Of a stretch of 64,000 nucleotides of DNA, positions 60,072 through 64,000 are shown piece by piece. This DNA is from Fervidobacterium sp. Lineage in GTDB: Bacteria > Thermotogota > Thermotogae > Thermotogales > Fervidobacteriaceae. The stretch's first letter is position 1; the number at the start of each line of letters is the position of its first letter. Under the pieces are notes generated by a model. The model had not been told where the DNA came from, ran no database searches, and saw only the letters and a program-made list of their open reading frames with translations. Location of the stretch: positions 32,001 to 96,000 of the forward strand of contig JBMFNR010000003.1 in the NCBI GenBank assembly GCA_049970055.1. Direction: 5' to 3'. Made by a program: the position numbers and the translations under genes.

Positions 60072-61028
60072 ATGATGGAAAGACGGTGGAATATACTTAC
60101 AAGTGAGTGGGTTTTGGTCTCCGCGTTTACGCAGTCAAGGCCAACAAACCCTACGAACTTTTGTCCGTTGTGTCCCGGGGGTGACGAGTTCAGTGATTCT
60201 TACGATTTAGTATCTTTTGATAACAAATTTCCTTCTATGAAACTTAATGCTCCGGAAGTAGAATCTTTGAGTGATTTGTTTAAAAAAGATAAATCGAATG
60301 GTAAGTGTGAAGTTGTTGTGTATACGATAGAGCACGAAAGTGCAATGAGCCTTATGCCAGTGCACCAGATCGAAAAACTTATCTATATGTGGGTTGATAG
60401 GTACTTGGATTTATCTCAGCAATCATCTGTGAAGTATATTTACATATTTGAGAATAGGGGTAGAGAAGTAGGTGCTACACTACCACATCCGCACGGTCAG
60501 CTATACGCTTTCCCATTCGTCCCGAAGAGGATAGAAACAAAATTAAACTCTCTACTTAAATATTATGATGAATATGGCCGTTGTGGTATTTGCGATGTTA
60601 TCAATGAAGAGTTAAAATACAAAGAAAGAATAATATACGAAAATGATGCGTTTATCGCACTTGTACCCTTCTATGCAAGGTGGCCTTACGAAGTTCATAT
60701 TTATCCAAAAAGACATGTGAGTACTATTATCGAATTGACAAACATAGAAAGGAACCTCTTGGCAAAATCTCTAAAAGTTGTTACAATGAAATATGATTTA
60801 CTATTCCAACAGGCATTTCCTTACATGATGATGCTTTTTCAATCACCTGTTAACGATATACGGTACGACCATGCATTTCACTTTCATATCGAATTTAACC
60901 CAGTAAAGAGGGATAAGGATAAAATAAAATGGATGGCAAGTGTTGAAACAGGTACATGGACTTTTATAAATCCTAAACTACCAGAAGAAGCGGCAAATGA
61001 ATTAAAACGTGTGGAGGTTGAATTATGA
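60072..61028 (+). CDS. galT: Galactose-1-phosphate uridylyltransferase
   Basis: CPLCPG, NKFP and FENRG..GATLPHPHGQ. Confidence 0.93.
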   Translation: MMERRWNILTSEWVLVSAFTQSRPTNPTNFCPLCPGGDEFSDSYDLVSFDNKFPSMKLNAPEVESLSDLFKKDKSNGKCEVVVYTIEHESAMSLMPVHQIEKLIYMWVDRYLDLSQQSSVKYIYIFENRGREVGATLPHPHGQLYAFPFVPKRIETKLNSLLKYYDEYGRCGICDVINEELKYKERIIYENDAFIALVPFYARWPYEVHIYPKRHVSTIIELTNIERNLLAKSLKVVTMKYDLLFQQAFPYMMMLFQSPVNDIRYDHAFHFHIEFNPVKRDKDKIKWMASVETGTWTFINPKLPEEAANELKRVEVEL

Positions 61029-62089
61029 CTAAAATAGTTATTTATTCGCCTGGAAGAGCGAATTTGATAGGTGAACATACGGATTATAACGATGGATTTG
61101 TATTACCATTCGCAATAAAAAAGTACATTAAAATCGAGATTGAACCTTCAAAGAAATTCAGGTTATTCTCTGAGCAGGCAAAGAGCGGTATTGAATTTGA
61201 AAAACCATATAAAACAAATTCATGGGCAGATTACGTGATTGGGATGATTGTTAAGTTACATGAACACGGATATAGAATTGAGCCATTCAATATGAAAATA
61301 GACTCTGAGCTACCAATGGGGGCAGGATTGTCGAGCTCTGCTGCACTTGAAGTGGGAAGTGGGTATGCAATGGCTCAGATGATTGGGTATGAAATAGACA
61401 GAGAAGAGTTAGCAAAGATTGCTCACGAATGTGAAGTTGACTTCGTCGGTGTTAGATGTGGGATAATGGACCAATACGCGGTTGCATTATCAAAGGAAAA
61501 TCACGCACTTTTTATCGATACAATGACGAGAGAATACCGATACATACCATTTCACCTTGATAGCGTAAAACTGTATCTTGTGGATTCAGGCATTAAACAC
61601 GAGCTCGGTAGCTCTGAATACAACGAAAGAAGAAAAGAATGTGAACTCGCACTTGAAAGTACTGGTAGGAAAAGTCTTAGGGACGTAACACTCGATGATG
61701 TTGAGAAAATCAAAGATCCTGTTCTTAGAAAACGTGCACTGCATGTTGTGACTGAAAACGAAAGGGTTTTGAAAACACTTTCGGCACTCGAAACCGATAA
61801 CTTAGCACTCGTTGGAAGGTACTTATATGAATCACACTATAGCCTGAGGGATAATTATCAAGTATCTTGTGAAGAAATCGATTTTATAATAGAAATGTTT
61901 GAAAAGTACTCAAATGTACTTGGAGCAAGGATAGTTGGAGCGGGTTTTGGAGGAAGTATAATAGTACTCGCTAAAGAGGGATTTGAAGGTATATTTGAGA
62001 GTATCGCCGAAAAATACAAGATTAAGTACGGCGTTGTTCCTAAACTGTTTGAGGTTGAGACGAGTGATGGAGTATTTAGAAAAGAATAA
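61025..62089 (+). CDS. galK: Galactokinase
   Basis: PGRANLIGEHTDYNDG, GAGLSSSAA, CGIMDQ and GAGFGG. Confidence 0.95.
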   Translation: MTKIVIYSPGRANLIGEHTDYNDGFVLPFAIKKYIKIEIEPSKKFRLFSEQAKSGIEFEKPYKTNSWADYVIGMIVKLHEHGYRIEPFNMKIDSELPMGAGLSSSAALEVGSGYAMAQMIGYEIDREELAKIAHECEVDFVGVRCGIMDQYAVALSKENHALFIDTMTREYRYIPFHLDSVKLYLVDSGIKHELGSSEYNERRKECELALESTGRKSLRDVTLDDVEKIKDPVLRKRALHVVTENERVLKTLSALETDNLALVGRYLYESHYSLRDNYQVSCEEIDFIIEMFEKYSNVLGARIVGAGFGGSIIVLAKEGFEGIFESIAEKYKIKYGVVPKLFEVETSDGVFRKE

Positions 62090-62748
62090 TGATTTGGAGT
62101 GATTGGATGTTTAAATTGGACGTAGCACTCGAAATTACGAAATATGCAAAACTTGTTAGTGAAGCCGGGTTTACAAAAGGTACATGGGGGAATATAAGCG
62201 TAAGGTATGAACAGCTGATCTACATTACTCCCTCAGGGTATCCTTATGATTTGTTGAGACCTGAAGATATAATCGTTGCGGATTTCGATGGTAAAAAGTT
62301 GTATGGAAGTTTGAAACCTTCTTCTGAATTGCCATTACATATTGAGATTTACAAAAAACGCAGCGATGTAAATGCTATTATACACACGCATCCTATTTAC
62401 GCAACAGTAATCTCATTAACAGTTAACGAAATACCTCCCATCGTTGAAGATGCGGTCATGATACTCGGCGAAAGGTTGGAAGTATCTGAATACGCACTTC
62501 CAGGTAGCTGGGAATTAGCAAAAAATGCATCGATGGCACTCGGAAAAAATAACTGTGTTTTTTTGAGAAACCATGGATTAGTGTGCGTTGGTGAGAATTT
62601 GCATGAAGCATTTATCGCTACTCAAATTGCTGAAAAAACTGCGCAGATTTACGTTGAAGCGTTGAAAGTAGGAAATATCCAGGAAATACCCATTGAACAC
62701 GCGAAATCCTTAAGAAATAAATATCTGCAAGCTTACAGACAAAAATAG
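62089..62748 (+). CDS. Class II aldolase/adducin family protein (FucA-like)
   Basis: GNIS, ITPSG, PSSELPLH, HTHP and LRNHG. An alternative start lies at 62107. Confidence 0.88.
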   Translation: MIWSDWMFKLDVALEITKYAKLVSEAGFTKGTWGNISVRYEQLIYITPSGYPYDLLRPEDIIVADFDGKKLYGSLKPSSELPLHIEIYKKRSDVNAIIHTHPIYATVISLTVNEIPPIVEDAVMILGERLEVSEYALPGSWELAKNASMALGKNNCVFLRNHGLVCVGENLHEAFIATQIAEKTAQIYVEALKVGNIQEIPIEHAKSLRNKYLQAYRQK

Positions 62749-62771
62749 TTGGCTTAGGGATTTATGAATGT

Positions 62772-63266
62772 CTATTTTATATTCAAGGTATGCCCGTTTT
62801 TTCTAAGCCAGTATCTGCAAACTTTCCATTCTGGGAAGAGTTTTTCAACAAGTTCCCAAAATTTTTTGCTGTGATTCATATGCACAGTGTGGGCGAGTTC
62901 ATGGATAATAACATAGTCAATTACCTTTCTTGGAGCCATTATTAATAGCCAATTTAAAGATATCGTCCCTTTCGATGAACAGCTTCCCCATCTTGTTTTT
63001 ACTTCCTTTACCAAAACTTTGTTAAACTTTAATCCTGTTTGAAAAGAAAGTTCTTTGGTACGCTTAGTGAGATAGTTTTCTGCATATCTTTTTAACCATC
63101 TTTTAACTAACAAGTTACTGTACTGAATGTACCTTTGGTTTATTAAAAACCTATCGTTTTCAAAAGCGATAGGTTTGAGCATCTCACTTTTTATTTCAAT
63201 TGAAATTTTTTCACCGAAAAGCATTACGTAAGACGGATTAGTTGTTCGTTTATTTCGAGCTTCCAT
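62772..63266 (-). CDS. YgjP-like (DUF45) zinc metalloprotein
   Basis: TRWGSCS and DYVIIHELAH..HMNHSKKFW. Confidence 0.82.
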   Translation of the reverse strand: MEARNKRTTNPSYVMLFGEKISIEIKSEMLKPIAFENDRFLINQRYIQYSNLLVKRWLKRYAENYLTKRTKELSFQTGLKFNKVLVKEVKTRWGSCSSKGTISLNWLLIMAPRKVIDYVIIHELAHTVHMNHSKKFWELVEKLFPEWKVCRYWLRKNGHTLNIK

Positions 63267-63909
63267 ATACCCGGAAAAACTTATGAGCTTCTATTTTTAT
63301 GCTCAGTTTTTCTTCAAGTTCTGATTTCAATAGCGAGTGATCAGTAAGATGGATAACGTGAAAACCAAGTTCTTTAGCTGTTTGGATGTTTTCTCGTTTA
63401 TCGTCTATAAAAAGCGATTGTTTCGGATCTAATTTGTAGATCTTTATAAATGTTTCGTATATTTCTTTGTCGGGCTTAATTTGGCCAACATGGCTTGATA
63501 TCACCATGCCGTCAAAATAATTAAAGAAATCAAATCTTTTGACAACGTAATCAAAGTTACCATTACTAAAATTAGAAAGAACATAGAGCTTAAAACCAAA
63601 ATCTTTTAAAGGTCTAAGCAATCTTGTGTTTTCCTTTATTTCAACAAGTAGGCTGGTGACATTGTACTTTAAATCCTGTATGACCGTGCTGTAATGCGGG
63701 AATCTTTCAACAAATATATCCCATAACTGATCTTCTGTAAGCTTACCTTTGTCCATCAGGTTCCACTCAAGAGAATTAAACAAATGCTTATCTAGAAATT
63801 CTGCACTTTCCTTTCCAAATTTATTTGATATGTATTCATATGGTTGCCAATTGATAAGTACTCTTCCAAGGTCGAAAACAATGTTTCTTATGCTCATATT
63901 ATCGCTCAC
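63250..63909 (-). CDS. HAD-family phosphatase (subfamily IA)
   Basis: FDLGRVL, LSN, KPD and FIDD..ENI. Confidence 0.88.
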   Translation of the reverse strand: MSDNMSIRNIVFDLGRVLINWQPYEYISNKFGKESAEFLDKHLFNSLEWNLMDKGKLTEDQLWDIFVERFPHYSTVIQDLKYNVTSLLVEIKENTRLLRPLKDFGFKLYVLSNFSNGNFDYVVKRFDFFNYFDGMVISSHVGQIKPDKEIYETFIKIYKLDPKQSLFIDDKRENIQTAKELGFHVIHLTDHSLLKSELEEKLSIKIEAHKFFRVYGSSK

Positions 63910-64000
63910 GCTTTACCCCCTTTCGTTGTCACTTTTAGTCAAGATCGTTTTTATTACACTTATTATATATGATAACCAGTATTTCTTCCACTGCCTTTTT

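Noticed and set aside
1..64000. Remaining short ORFs in the six-frame track
   Set aside because: They overlap well-supported genes on the opposite strand or in another frame and lack RBS or motif support.

Overview
AT-rich bacterial chromosome segment of mostly housekeeping genes. Gene content and order point to Thermotogota, probably Fervidobacterium-like (inference from the pyrC-K-D-F-E operon, MurE with a DDPR motif, class II RNR, spoVS and the GH42/GH36 gal cluster). In order it holds: membrane transporters; a decayed sufC/sufBD-like pair; a PAS-GGDEF-EAL protein; malic enzyme; perR-rubrerythrin-superoxide reductase divergent from cysE-cysK; a pyr operon with a PyrR-type leader; ksgA, miaB and udk; a ROK-regulated disaccharide locus (TreT, sugar ABC transporter, PfkB kinase, sucrose-phosphate-synthase-like glycosyltransferase); murE-murF-mraY; rplU-prp-rpmA, rplM-rpsI and dnaG-rpoD; a YtrA-type ABC operon; lysA; tRNA-Asp; a frameshifted LUD-domain gene; rex; nrdJ; and a galactoside operon. 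I found no mobile element, prophage or CRISPR array. The best leads are an unannotated ~90-nt G/GGA-rich transcription unit with its own promoter and terminator (13.8 kb), the TreT/SPS-like locus with paired operators, a probable CTG start in ksgA, and two gene-disruption events. Products were assigned by motif recognition only; no database searches were run. Several CDS starts were moved from the ORF track to RBS-supported codons.
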